Shown here: positions 11,332 through 23,582 of the stretch, piece after piece | How positions within the stretch are numbered: the first letter of the stretch is position 1 | Layout: each line of letters begins with the position of its first letter | NCBI GenBank assembly: GCA_048772705.1 | Contig: JBLWGC010000201.1 | Span: 1-64,000, forward strand | Length of the DNA: 64,000 nt | Source of the DNA: Leidyana gryllorum EB-2025a | Lineage: Eukaryota > Protista > Apicomplexa | Direction of reading: 5' to 3' | Position numbers and translations under genes: made by a program | Notes under the pieces: generated by a model | The model's input: only the letters and a program-made list of their open reading frames with translations | What the model was told of the DNA's origin: nothing | The model's database searches: none

Positions 11332-14300
11332 CTAACATTCGAATAGTCTCTTCAGACAGACTAGCTGGCACTTCCTTCCCAGTTTTCTGCACAGCCGCAC
11401 CGGCACCAGGGCCACATCCTTGGTTCCATAATAATAGACTTCTAACTGGCCTTGTTTCACTTTCTGGACTCTAGCTGGCAAGCTCCAATTGCTAGTATAT
11501 GCCCTTCCTATTCCTGTCCGATCATAACCAGCCCCACGTTTCACCTCCGGTAGCTGCGTAATCACTAGGTCTCCCACCTTGAACTCATGTTCTCCCAACT
11601 CCCTCCTATCTGCATCTCGAATTCCCGCTTCCACCATCCTAAGCGTCGCACCTGCTAACTTCGCTGCTCGGCTAGATTCAGCAGTGTCTAATCTCCACAT
11701 CTGCAAGCCTGGCAAAACCATGCTGAATCCCATTAAAGCATAGAATCGGCTTTCTCCAACTCCGAAGTGTGGTGTAGCGTTATGTACCTGAGTCGCTGCA
11801 GCTAACGCTTCCTCGAAGGTGAAGGCGGCATCGCCTTCTGTGCACTCTAAATAGGCCTCGATTCCCTTGTGACTAGCTTCGTTCAGGCCGTTCCCCTGCG
11901 GGTAGTAAGGGCTAGAACGTGCGTGGTAAGATGTGAGAGTCCTAAGGACATATTCCTTGAATTCTGCCTGAAAATGGCTCCCATTGTCAGTCAACACCAC
12001 GGTAGGAGCACCGAATACTCCCACCCATCTCTGCAGCCCCATCGCAGCGGTCTTCGCATCCGGGTTCTTCCTTGTGGGGAGGGTCATCATGAACCTAGTG
12101 TGGTGGTCAATCACGACTAAGTAGTGCACTATCTGTCCACCCCATTTCCGTGGCCCCACGAAGTCTACGCTGACTAACTCCATCGGTCGGGGGCGCTGTA
12201 AGGTACCCCTCCATGAGCGGTTTGATGCTAAGGGGGCCTTCCTCACGCATATGAGGCACTGTCCCACATACCTCGCTACATCCTGGGCCATTCCTTTCCA
12301 ATAAACCCACTTTCTCATTCTGCGCAGTGTGCGTGTCACACCTTAATGGCCTCCAAATTTTGATGAGTGAAACCAAAACATCACTCCCTCTCTCAAAACT
12401 GCTGGAATGTAGAGAGTGTTGGTTCGTTTGGCTATGTAGTAATCCTCTTTAGTTTTGTAACACTCTGCTCTCTCTTCATCCGTCATGGTAGTGTAAGACT
12501 TCGTCAGTTCTGCAATGGTAGGGATGCGTGGGGGATAGATACCCGCCTGAGCCATCAACACCGGGATTGCAATAGTCTCAATCTCTTCGTCTACGGTCTC
12601 CACATCGGCTGTCCGGGACAGCCAGTCTGCAATGGAATTGGACTCCCCTGACACATGCCTAATCTCTAAATCGAATTGCTGCAGAAACATAGACCACCGT
12701 TGAACTTTCCCTGACTGTGCGTTCGCCATCCACCGCAAACTCTCACGGTCTGTCTCTACCACTGTCCTCCCACACCTGATATAGTCGCGGAAATGGTCCA
12801 CAGCCCATTTAATCGCGAACGCCTCTCTCTCTCTCGTGTCCCATCTTCTCTCCCTCTCGCTCAAGGTTCGGCTCGCGAACTCCAAGGGCACCCACTCGCC
12901 TGACTGTTCCTGAAATAGCACTGCCCCAATGCCCTTGTCCGATGCATCTGTCATCATTCTAAAACTTCCCTTGCCCTTTGGTGCCTGTAATATCACTGTT
13001 TCTGCTAGCTCCTGTTGTAGCATCCTGAACGCTAACTCCTGCTCCTGTTCCCATGCCCACGCCGCATTCTTCTTCATCAACCTAGTTAGCGGTTCCACAA
13101 TTGACGCCAAATTTGGGATGAACCGTCGCAAATAACTCACCGCCCCTAGGAATGACCTGAGCACTGCCTTATCCCGAGGGGGGCCTGCCTGCATGATCCC
13201 TTGAACTTTGTCAGGGGAGGGCGCTATCCCTTCGCGACCCACACTATGCCCTAGTACAAATATCCTCTCCTTGTCTAACTCGGTCTTTTCTAATCTGAAC
13301 GAGATCCCTGCTCTCACAGCTCTGCGTAGTACCTCTTCCAGCAATTCGTCATGTTCCTGCAGTTCATTAGCGCTTATGACAATATCGTCAACATAACATA
13401 CGACTCCCTTCAGGTATAGATCCCCAAAGGTCTGATCCATGACTCTCTGATATTCCGATGCACTATTCCTCATTCCAAATGGCAATACGTTGAATTCAAA
13501 GGTTCCCATGTGAGTCACAAACGCAGTGAATTCCTTGCTGGCCTCGTCTAGCGGGAGCTGCCAAAATCCTGAGTGACAATCCATACTGGTGGAGTGATTC
13601 TTTCCGGCGACAGACTGCAGCTGTTCCCATATTAGAGGCAACGGATAGGCGTCCGCCTTCGTAACTTTATTCAACGGGCGGTAGTCGATGCACATTCGCC
13701 ACTTCCCATCTTTCTTCTTGACAAACACAGGAGCGCTGCCCCACGGGGACTTGCTCGGCCGTATTGCTCCTTCCTTCAGTAGCCTCGTCACCTCCTGTTC
13801 CAATATTTCCTTCAGCTCCGGTGCCAGTCGGCGAATGGGGACCTTCACCGGCCTGCCACTAACTTCCAACGTAGCGGCCTGTCCCTTAATGCCTCCTAAG
13901 CGAGGAGTTGCCCAACAATCCATGAACTTCAACAGTAGGTTCTCTAGCTGCTCCCTTCTCGGCTATTCTAGGTGCCCACTGAGCTGTGCTAATCTCATCT
14001 TCAACTCTTCTTCATTCACCAGTTCAGGAATCTCCCGGGCGGCTAGCACCCCTTCGCACTCCTTGTCCTCCTCGACAATCACCTCCATCGTCTCCGCATC
14101 TCGCACCTGAAAATTGACGGTGTCAATCATCGCCTTCAGCTTCTTTAACTCCACATATCCCAACAGAGCCGGGAATACCTCCTCTTGTACTACGTAGAAT
14201 TCCACTTCAATGTCCTTCGTTCCAATCTGCACTCTAACCGGCTCTTGCTGCCTAGCTACTCGCTTTCCCAGTCCTACAAAGCTCCACTGCCTTCCGGTGT

Positions 14301-15662
14301 CTTTCAGGTCCAACATCCTAGCCACTTGCAAACCACACATGGATCTAACTGCTCCTGTATCCATGAGCAGACGGATCGTTCCTCTCTCCGTAACCCCTTT
14401 GACATAGAATGTCGAGCGACTCTGTAGCGCCGTACTATAATAGGTCCTGCGAGCTTCGCACCTACCCAGATAGTCCTCATCTGACTCTATCTCCTCTGCT
14501 AGCTGGGGACAATGCACCTCGGCCACGTCGTCGCTACCACCTGGGACTTCGGCGCCCACGACCTCTGGCACTGACCTCTTGCCGGGTGGGAGGTTCCGGG
14601 CTATCAGTCGCTGGGCTTTCTCTAAACTTTGGACTTTTGTTCCATCTCCTTCGACATTTATTTTAGCGCCGCCACGCCACTTCTCTTGAATTTCAATCTG
14701 CTTTCCACCTAAGCAATCAGTAGTAAATCGGCTTCGACAAGCCTCTCCCGCATGACCCTTCCGTCCACACCTCGTACAGGTCGCCGTTAAATAAGGGCAG
14801 TCCTTCCGGAAGTGGATTCCAAGGCACCCATGACACTGACCCGGCTTCCTCGCAGGGGGAATGTTCTCCGCTGCCTTCCTGCCGCTTGCAGGGTCTCGAT
14901 TGTTCACGTCAGCCATATAGGCGTGCACTGGGTATGGCAGCATTTCCTCGCTAAGACTCTCCGCCATCAAGGCAGTCTGCACTAAGTGGTTCGCTAGTTT
15001 CAGTTCCGTACTACTCATCAGCTTGACAGCAATTGGCCGGGGTAGAGCACACCGGAAGGCATCGACTATCCTTCGTTCTCCTAGACACAGATCCACTCCT
15101 TCATAACCCCTGCGTTTAGCTGCTCTCACCGCCCGTGTTGCATGAACGAGCACGTGCTGGAAGGCGCTTCCCACAGTGGGCTTCTCGCTACTCTGATATA
15201 GCTCTTTCTCTAACTGCATCAGGTAGTTGCGTCCATTGTATCTAGGAACGCTTTCGCCACCTGCGTGACCAGGTCTTCATAGTCACTAGCTGTCATGGTG
15301 TCTAAAATACTCGATTGCCACATGCTCTCTTCCGTTACTGTCAGCCATTTTTCGCGAAATAAATTCAGTGAAATGGGGGCCGCCATGATCACCCTGGCCA
15401 CTCGGTCGACCCGGTCTTCGAATTCGCTTTCGTTCTTGGGTTGAAAGCTTGGGAAGTCCAATCGGCGCATGGCTTTGGCCCAATCTTCTTCTGCACGCAA
15501 TGTGATAGCCGTATCAGGTACAGGAGGGAACCGGCTTGGAATGGTCCCGACCGCCACTAACTGAAGCATACGGTCGTTCCCAGAACAGCCCCCAAATGGT
15601 TTGATAGGCGGAACGTCCGCCGAATCGCTGGTTCCGTCCCTAGTTGGATGCATTGGGTCCAT
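11332..15662 (-). pseudogene. Element G gag-pol (two zinc knuckles, DTG protease, YVDD RT, TDAS RNase H, DDE integrase)
   Basis: ORFs 15219-15662, 13963-15219, 12343-13932, 11332-12339; frameshift ~15245, in-frame TAG at 13963 and TAA at 12343, probable frameshift ~11370. Confidence 0.92.
15577..15594 (-). promoter_or_regulatory. Primer-binding site of element G (18 nt, tRNA-Pro)
   Basis: Plus strand ttcccagaacagcccCCA equals the 3' end of the array tRNA-Pro plus CCA. Confidence 0.92.
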
Positions 15663-15902
15663 GATCTATACTGACGGCTAATCTGGGTATCCTGAAATTG
15701 GGTTTTGGTCTGGTAAGTGCTCGTAATTGAATTGGTTGTATTGGAACGTAATGAAAAATAAACAATAAAAACGTGTGTGTTGTGTTCGCGTCTCCCTTCA
15801 CCAGGCCGGTATGTAGATCTAGCTTAGCTTAAAGGCCATAGGCCGTTATTGACTCTGGGGCTTAACTGAAAGAACGCAGATCAGGTTCAAAATGACGCAT
15901 CA
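15597..15902 (-). repeat. Element G 5' LTR
   Basis: Direct repeat of 10872-11177; contains gag ATG at 15662. Confidence 0.95.
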
Positions 15903-15944
15903 ATGATAGCATGATGAATTTGTCGGCGGTTTCGATGCCGACCG

Positions 15945-16018
15945 TGGGAGTGGAGAGGATTGAACTCTCGACTTCAGGATTATGAGACCTACGCGCTACC
16001 GACTGCGCTACACTCCCC
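15945..16018 (-). tRNA. elongator tRNA-Met(CAT)
   Basis: ggggagtgtagcgcagtcggtagcgc..ctCATaa; copy at 23339-23412. Confidence 0.8.
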
Positions 16019-16310
16019 CTCCGACTTTCTCCGAGGAATCACCCGAACCCAGAACCATGCTGCCAGGCAGGCTGGGTCAAGATACAACAAAGCGGGCTGT
16101 TCTGGGAATCGAACCCAGGACTTCTTCCACCCGAAGGAAGAATCATACCACTAGACCAAACAGCCCCCAGTGGGTGCCTCAGGTACTGGCAGGTTCCAAA
16201 CCTGCGACACTGTGGCTGAGAGACTTACGCTCTGCTGGCTGAGCTACGAGGCTCAGCAACGATGATCGGAGTTTGCGATAAGCTTGCAGGTGCCTAGTCG
16301 ATGCAGTCGA

Positions 16311-16381
16311 GCCTTCTGCCGGAATCGAACCGGCGACTTCTCGCTTACGAAGCGAACGCTCTGCCCCTAAGCTAAGAAGGC
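16311..16381 (-). tRNA. tRNA-Thr(CGT)
   Basis: Thr body with ttCGTaa loop. Confidence 0.85.
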
Positions 16382-16811
16382 AACTCAGCAGGAGAATCAT
16401 GTGGCAGTTGTATCGACAAAAGTTAGCCGCGTGCCACGTGCACGGCGGGCTGTTCCGCGCGCATCGTGGGGGCGTGCTGGGATGAAGTCGCAGGTTGTCC
16501 TGACTACAACGGCTGACAAGAGTGGGATTCGAACCCACGCCCTTTCGGACTGCGGCCTGAACACAGCGCCTTGGACCACTCGGCCATCTTGCCGAAATGT
16601 TGTTGGCTCGCCGCCCCACGCGTTTTCTATCCGTGGAATCTCAAAATGGAAGAACTTCTGGGGTTGGAGGCCGACGTATCCAGAGCGTCCGAGATAGTAT
16701 AGCGGTTAGGATTTCCGCCTATCACGCGGAAGACCAGGGTCGATTCCCGGTCTCGGAGCACAGTTCGTTTTTCCGCTTCAGATTTCGTGGTGCTCAGGTA
16801 AAGTTGCGAGC

Positions 16812-16884
16812 TACAGCCACCGAGGATCGAACTCGGGACCTTCTGCGTGTGAAGCAGACGTCGTAACCACTAGACCATGGCTGT
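16812..16884 (-). tRNA. tRNA-Val(CAC)
   Basis: Val body with ttCACac loop; inverted twin 22583-22655. Confidence 0.8.
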
Positions 16885-17330
16885 GCGGAGCTTTCGGACT
16901 GTGAACGGGGCGTGTGTCTCTGGAAACAGGTATCTGATGAGGGCGAAAACCACGGAATGCTATGAGGTCTGCACAGCGGGCGACTAGCTCAACAAGATAT
17001 TATGCATCTGTGGTCTAGTGGTAGAATGTCTCGTTTCCATCGAGGCGACCCGGGTTCGATTCCCGGCAGATGCAGAAGACACAGTTCGTTTTCCCACCAT
17101 TCCAGGGATTCACGCTTGAGTTGGTGTCTGACCCCTCCGATCACATCGCACGACAATTGCTGGATCTGCGCCAGCCCGGCCAAGGCCCTGTAGAGATCAA
17201 ATCTTCTCCCCTTCCCCACTCGGGCAAGTTGGCAACTGTCGAACTTAGTAACAGATTCCATCCGTATTCGTCGTAGAATGTTCTGGCTTCTTCGGGTCGA
17301 GGGCAACTCTGTATCACAGATCCACTCCCT

Positions 17331-17404
17331 TGGTCACGCCCGGGCTCGAACCGGGGACCTTGAGCTTATTAGGCTCACGCTCTAACCGACTGAGCTACGC
17401 GACC
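17331..17404 (-). tRNA. tRNA-Ile(AAT)
   Basis: ggtcgcgtagctcagtcggttagagc..ctAATaa..ggttcgagccc. Confidence 0.9.
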
Positions 17405-18412
17405 GCCTCCGACCACAGATGGCACCGATTCACTTACTTGATGCCTCTGCGTCGCCACTGCAATCCTTAGCATGTACTGCTGGTGTTTTGAGCCCAGCCG
17501 CCTACTCCGATGATCGCAGCACACGACAACTGCTGGATGTGAACCAGCGCGGGCCAGGCCCAGTAGATTTCTAGTCTACCCCCTTAACCACTCGGGCAAG
17601 TTGCCGCCCTCGAACGTGGCATTTTGCGGCCAGTGGCTTCACATACGATTCAGCGAGCTTTACTAGGACTGCTCGCGCCGCCCGAACGCGCGGTTCTCCC
17701 TTCAAAAAGTCTTGCGCTCTACCGACGGAGTTGGGGCGGCAAGGAAGCTCGCCCCGTACCCGAGGAAGGCACAGGATTCCACGATCAATACAAATGGAAT
17801 TGGTTACTAAGTCCGAATTTGTATCAGAGATCCACTTGGTCACGCCGACATACCAGCCTCACTTGAAGATCGTCCGGGTCGTCTAGTGCTTACAACAGCA
17901 AGTTGTGGCCGTGCATACCCAGGCCCGAATCCTGGCTTGGATAGTATGTCCACCGATGTCTCGAATGGGAGATGTAGGTGAAGCTTGTCCAAACCCACGA
18001 TCGGGCGTAGCTGCCCATGTCCTTCTGGATCGCTACACACTTCCATTTGACGGCTCCGTTAGTCGGCGCTATGGCCTAATGGATATGGTATCGGCCTACG
18101 GAACCGGGGATTCTGGGTTCGAGTCTCAGTAGGGTCTGGGCGAATGGTCGGGTTGTAGCCTGTTCAGTCAACAACTCAGATCCTGTCTTAGCTGTCAGGG
18201 ACATTGTCTCGGGATGGGTCGAGTGCCTTGTTGCGTCAACAACTATCGGACGGGCTGTTCTGGGAATCGAACCCAGGACTCCTTCCACCCTAAGGAAGAA
18301 TCATACCACTAGACCAAACAGTCGACCGCTTGGTGGTGCAAACCGCTGAGTACAGTTGAGAGAGTGGTCATACTATGTTGAGAACCAACACATGCGATGG
18401 GGTCTGCACAAC

Positions 18413-18485
18413 GGGCGACTAGCTCAAATGGTAGAGCGCTCGCTTAGCATGCGAGAGGTACTGGGATCGATGCCCAGGTCGTCCA
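18413..18485 (+). tRNA. tRNA-Ala(AGC)
   Basis: Intact cloverleaf; copies 20247-20319(-), 23648-23720(+). Confidence 0.9.
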
Positions 18486-19747
18486 AACTTCGTACGGCTG
18501 CACCTGCCGCTATTTATTTACCGAGTTGAGAGCTTTTAATTGTGCTGTGCAGCCCTTGGACAGACCTGGGCACCGCAGTATGTGTGAAGGTTGCTTCAGA
18601 GCCCGGATTTCCGAGTTTGCATTTTACAATCACACACTCTGCCGACTAAGATACAAGAGCCAGTTACAATCTTTCAAAAGTCAGTAGAGAGACGCGTGTT
18701 GCATGTGTCCAGTTGAGGGAGCGCTAGTCCGGACGGCTCTACAAACCTTTTTTTTGGGAAGGACTGATCGGTTACTTGGTGTAGTGGTTAGCACTGGAGA
18801 CTCTAAATCTCCTGACCTAGGTTCGATTCCCGGCGCAACCCCGAAACTAGTCCTCACTTTTTGGTGAAACCTCACCACTTCTCTTGGTCTGCGGGACCTT
18901 CGCCGCAGACATGGTGTAGTGGTCACGACGTCTGCTTACCACGCAGAAGGTCCCGAGTTCGATCGTCGGTGGCTGAAGCTCGCAACTTTCAGCGACAACC
19001 AAAACAAACAATCTTAAGCGGAATCAACTGTGCTCCGAAACCGGGCATCGAATCCGAGTCTTCCGCGTGACAGGCGGAAATACTGACCACTACTTCATCT
19101 CGGACGCTCGTCAACGCGGCGGACTTCAACCCCAAAAGTCTTCCTTCTCGAGACTTCACGGACACAAAACGTGCAATGTGGCGAGCCAAGAACACGGCGG
19201 CAAGATGGCCGAGTGGTCTAGGGCGCTGTGTTACGGCTGGAGTTCGAAAGGCCGTGGGTTCGAATCCGACTCTTGTCCGCCGGTTGTATTGTATTGGCAC
19301 TCGGTCCCCTCACTTCACTGATAGACAGTCGTTCGAGCTACATACGCCTGCACCTGCCGGGACTCGAACGCGGGTTACGACCTTGGAAGGGTCGCATCTT
19401 ACCCTTAGACCACAAGTGCAATTGCGAAAGAGCCGCAGCACCCCGAGAGACTTGGGCGATTTCTGCGTCGAGCTGTCTGCACCCTACTAAAAAACGGACT
19501 GTTCGGGAATCGAATTGAGCACTTCCTCCAAGTGGAGGAAAATTATATCACGAGCACTTCAACTCGACATCCGCAGCAGTGGCCCCCATACAGCTAGCAA
19601 GCTTGCCTCGGTCGAAACGGAACGTCTTCCGCGTGCGAGGCTATGATGCGGATGGGACTCGAACCCACAACTCCCGGTTCCGAAGACCGATGCCATATCC
19701 ATTAGGCCACCGCACCATAGACAAGCTTCGGTCATCTCGGGAGCTCG

Positions 19748-19820
19748 TCCACTGTAGTCTAAGTGGCTAGGATATGCGGCTTTCACCCGCACGAACCGGG
19801 TTCAAGTCCCGGCAGTGGAA
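19748..19820 (+). tRNA. tRNA-Glu(TTC)
   Basis: Near-consensus Glu copy. Confidence 0.85.
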
Positions 19821-20593
19821 GTTACTCGAGCAAAGTGCTCCAGTAATCCCCGTCAATAGTAACTGATTCGTGATCTTCGGCTTGTATTGCCTTCTTAGCT
19901 TAGAGGCAGAGCATTCGCTTAGTAAGCGAAAGGTCGCCGGTTCGATTCCGGCAGAAGGCTTGCTCACGAGCTCAAGCTTTTCTGGCTGGTCTCTCAGGTC
20001 TCGATAACGACCTGAGAGGGCTGCAAAATTCTTCGGTGGAAGATGAAGGATCTCTCTACTAACCTCTGAAAGAATGTCACTGGGTCGGGTAGCTCAGTCG
20101 GCAGAGCGTGTGGCTGTTAACCACAAAATCGCAGGTTCGAAACCTACCAGGACCGGGTTCTGCGGCACCGTACTCTCTAGACGGCACTTGTGCTCTTGGA
20201 CCCTTCCAAGGTCGTAAAAATACCGGCAGTTGAAAACTGCGAAGTTTGGACGACCTGGGCATCGATCCCAGTACCTCTCGCATGCTAAGCGAGCGCTCTA
20301 CCATTTGAGCTAGTCGCCCATTGTGCAGACTCCATCGCATTTTTTTGTTCTCCACATCGTATGACCACTCTCTCGACTGTATTCAGCGGGTTTCACGACC
20401 GACAGGCGGCTGGTTGGTCTAGTGGTATGATTCTTCCTTCGGGTGGAAGAAGGCCTGTGTTCGACTCCCAGAAGAGCCCGTCTTATAGTTGTTGACTAAA
20501 TGCCACGTCTCTCCAAGGTCGTATGATCGCGGATGAAGTCCAGACCAGCTGAGACAAAATCTGAGTTGCAGCAGTTGTGAGGGGCTGGAACTG

Positions 20594-20665
20594 CTCCAAG
20601 ACCGGGAATCGAACCCGGATCTTCCGCGTGACAGGCGGAAATACTAACTACTATACTATCTCGGA
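20594..20665 (-). tRNA. tRNA-Asp(GTC)
   Basis: tccgagatagtatagtagttag..ctGTCac..ggttcgattcc. Confidence 0.85.
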
Positions 20666-20854
20666 CGTTCTGAACACGCCGCCCTCCAACCCCAAAAGTC
20701 CTTCCATTTTGAGATGTCAAGCAAACGCGTGGAGCGGCGAGCTAACAACATGCCGGCAAGATGGCCGAGTTGCCCAAGACGCTGTGCTCAGACTGCAGTG
20801 CGAAAGGGCGAGGATCTGGGGTTAAGCCTATCGAACCCCGGAGCAGTTGGACAG

Positions 20855-20934
20855 CCGGGGAAAGCTCAGTTGGTAGAGCATCTGACTGTAGTGCTGGCAT
20901 CAGATAGTCGGCGGTTCGGTTCCGTCCCACCGGA
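20855..20934 (+). tRNA. tRNA-Tyr(GTA) with 7-nt insertion at position 37/38
   Basis: ccggggaaagctcagttggtagagc atctga ctGTAg [tgctggc] a tcagat. Confidence 0.7.
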
Positions 20935-22391
20935 TGGTTTTGGCAGACAGCGTTGATAGGCCAACTAGACTACTCCGGCGAGGGTTCCATCTATGTAGTT
21001 CGGATGGGCTGGGAATCAATCCCAGAACCTTTCGTACACTAAGCCACCGTTTCATCATCTGGGCTAGCCTCCCACTGTGCCTACCTCATGGCATTGAGTG
21101 ATACTTCACATAGTGAGACGAGTCTCTCGACTGTACCCAGCGGGTTGAACCACCGGCTAGGCGGCTGTTTGGTCTAGTGGTATGATCCTTCCTTAGGGTG
21201 GAAGGAGTCCTGGGTTCGATTCCCAGGACAGCCTGTCTGATAGTTGTTGACGCAACACGGCACTCGACCCATCCCGGACAGCTAAGACAGGATCTGAGTT
21301 GTTGATTCAACAGGCTGCAACCCGGCCATCCGCCCAGACGCTACTGGGACTCGAACCCAGAATCCCCCGTTCCGTAGACCGATGCCATATCCATTAGGCC
21401 ATAGCGCCGACTAACGGAGCCGTCAAATGGAAGTGTGTAGCGATCCAGAGAGGACATGGGCAGCTACGCCCGATCGTGGGTTTGGACAGGCTTCACCTAC
21501 ATCTCCCATTCGAGACATCGGTGGACATACTATCCAAGCCAGGATTCGGGCCTGGGTATGCACGGCCACAACTTGCTGTTGTAAGCACTAGACGACCCGG
21601 ACGATCTTCAAGTGTATGTCGGCGTGACCAAGTGAGTGGATGTCTGATACAAATTCGGACTTAGTAACCAATTCCATTTGTATTGATCGTGGAATCCTGT
21701 GCCTTCCTCGGGTACGGGCCGAGCTTCCTTGCCGCCCCAACTCCGTCGGTAGAGCGCAAGACTTTTGAAGGGAGAACCGCGGGTTCGGGCGGCGCGAGCA
21801 GTCCTAGCTCGCTGAATCGTATGTGAAGCTACTGGCCGCAAAATGCCAAGTTCCACAGCGGCAACTTGCCCGAGTGGTTAAGGGGGTTAGACTAGAAATC
21901 TACTGGGCCTGGCCCGCGCTGGTTCAAAATCAGCAGTTGTCGTGTGCTGCGATCATCGGAGTAGGCGGCTGGGCTCAAAACACCAGCAGTACATGCTAAG
22001 GATTGCAGTGGCGACGCAGAGGCATCAAGTAAGTGAATCGGTGCCATCTGTCGTCGGAGGTGGTCACGTAGCTCAGTCGGTTAGAGCGTGAGCCTAATAA
22101 GCTCAAGGTCCCCGGTTCGAGCCCGGTCGTGACCAAGGGAGTGGATCTGTGCTACAGAGTTGCCCTCGACCCGAAGAAGCCCCAACATTCTACGACGAAT
22201 ACGGATGGAATCTGTTACTAAGTTCGACAGTTGCCAACTTGCCCGAGTGGGGAAGGGGAGAAGATTTGATCTCTACAGGCCCTGGGCCGGGCTGGTGCAG
22301 ATCCAGCAGTTGTCGTGCGATGTGATCGGAGGGGTCAGACACCAACTCAGGCGTGAATCCCTGGAATGGTGGGAAAACCAACTGTGTCTTC

Positions 22392-22462
22392 TGCATCTGC
22401 CGGGAATCGAACCCGGGTCGTCTCGATGGCAACGAGACATTCTACCACTAGACCACAGATGC
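22392..22462 (-). tRNA. tRNA-Gly(GCC)
   Basis: Intact cloverleaf. Confidence 0.9.
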
Positions 22463-23582
22463 ATAATATCTTGTTGAGCTAGTCGCCCGCTGTGCAGACC
22501 TCATAGCATTCCGTGGTTTTCGCCCCTCATCAGATACCTGTTTCCAGAGACACACGCCCCTTTCACAGTCCGAAAGCTCCGCGCAGCCATGGTCTAGTGG
22601 TTACGACGTCTGCTTCACACGCAGAAGGTCCCGAGTTCGATCCTCGGTGGCTGTAGCTCGCAACTTTATCTGAGCACCAGGAAATCTGAAGCGGAAAAAC
22701 GAACTGTGCTCCGAGATCGGGAATCGACCCTGGTCTTCCGCGTGATAGGCGGAAATCCTAACCGCTATACTATCTCGGACGCTCTGGATACGCCGGCCTC
22801 CAACCCCAGAAGTTCTTCCATTTTGAGATTCCACGGATAGAAAACGCGTGGGGCGGCGAGCCAACAACATTTCGGCAAGATGGTCGGGTGGTCCAAGGCG
22901 CTGTGTTCAGGCCGCAGTCCGAAAGGGCGTGGGTTCGAATCCCACTCTTGTCAGGCGTTGTAGTCAGGACAACCTGCGACTTCATCCCAGCATGCCCCCA
23001 CGATGCGCGCCGGACAGCCCGCCGTGCACGTGGCACCCGGCTAACTTTTGTCGATACAACTGCCACATGATTCTCCAGCTAAGTTGCCTTCTTAGCTTAG
23101 GGGCAGAGCGTTCGCTTCGTAAGCGAAAAGTCGCCGGTTCGATTCCGGCAGAAGGCTTTGATGCATCGATAAGCTTATGAGGAATGGCCGTCACCACGTA
23201 CAAGATTCACCAAATCGTGTTCTGCATTTGTGGTCTAGTGGAAGAGTCGCTCGCTGCCATCGAGATAACCCGTGTGCGATTCCTGACAGATGCAGAATGA
23301 TAGCATGATGAGTTTGTCGGCGGTTTCGATTCTGACCGTGGGAGTGGAGAGGATCGAACTCTCGACCTCAGGATTATGAGACCTACGCGCTACCGACTGC
23401 GCTACACTCCCCCTCCGACTTTCTCCGAGGAATCACCTGAACCCAGAATCATGCTGCCAGGCAGGTTGGGTCAAGATACAACAAAGCGGGCTGTTCTGGG
23501 AATGGAACCTAGGACTTCTTCCACCCGACGGAAGTATCATACCACTACACCAAACAGCCGCCTGTCGTTCGTGCAACCCGCT

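Larger units (their letters stand above)
10872..15902 (-). mobile_element. Element G: full-length Ty3/Gypsy LTR retrotransposon without chromodomain, tRNA-Pro primed, disrupted ORFs
   Basis: 306-bp LTRs (10872-11177, 15597-15902; one difference seen), TG..CA ends, TSD ATGAT (10867-10871, 15903-15907), PBS TGGGGGCTGTTCTGGGAA, PPT GGAGGGGGTGGC; order gag-PR-RT-RH-IN. Confidence 0.95.
16310..18385. repeat. Left arm of ~2-kb inverted duplication of a tRNA cassette (partner ~21100-23158)
   Basis: Mirror ORF pairs, e.g. 16597-16866(+) vs 22601-22870(-) and 16401-16697 vs 22770-23066. Confidence 0.9.

Noticed and set aside
12343-13965. Stop-codon reassignment (TAA/TAG = Gln) suggested by in-frame stops in G
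   Set aside because: Long pol ORFs of F, E, C and D have no in-frame TAA/TAG, several end on them, and no UUA/CUA-anticodon tRNA was seen; C-to-T mutation explains it.
15215-15225. TGATG stop-restart coupling in G gag
   Set aside because: The downstream frame is open upstream (PRYNGRNYL); a single-base loss near 15245 is simpler.
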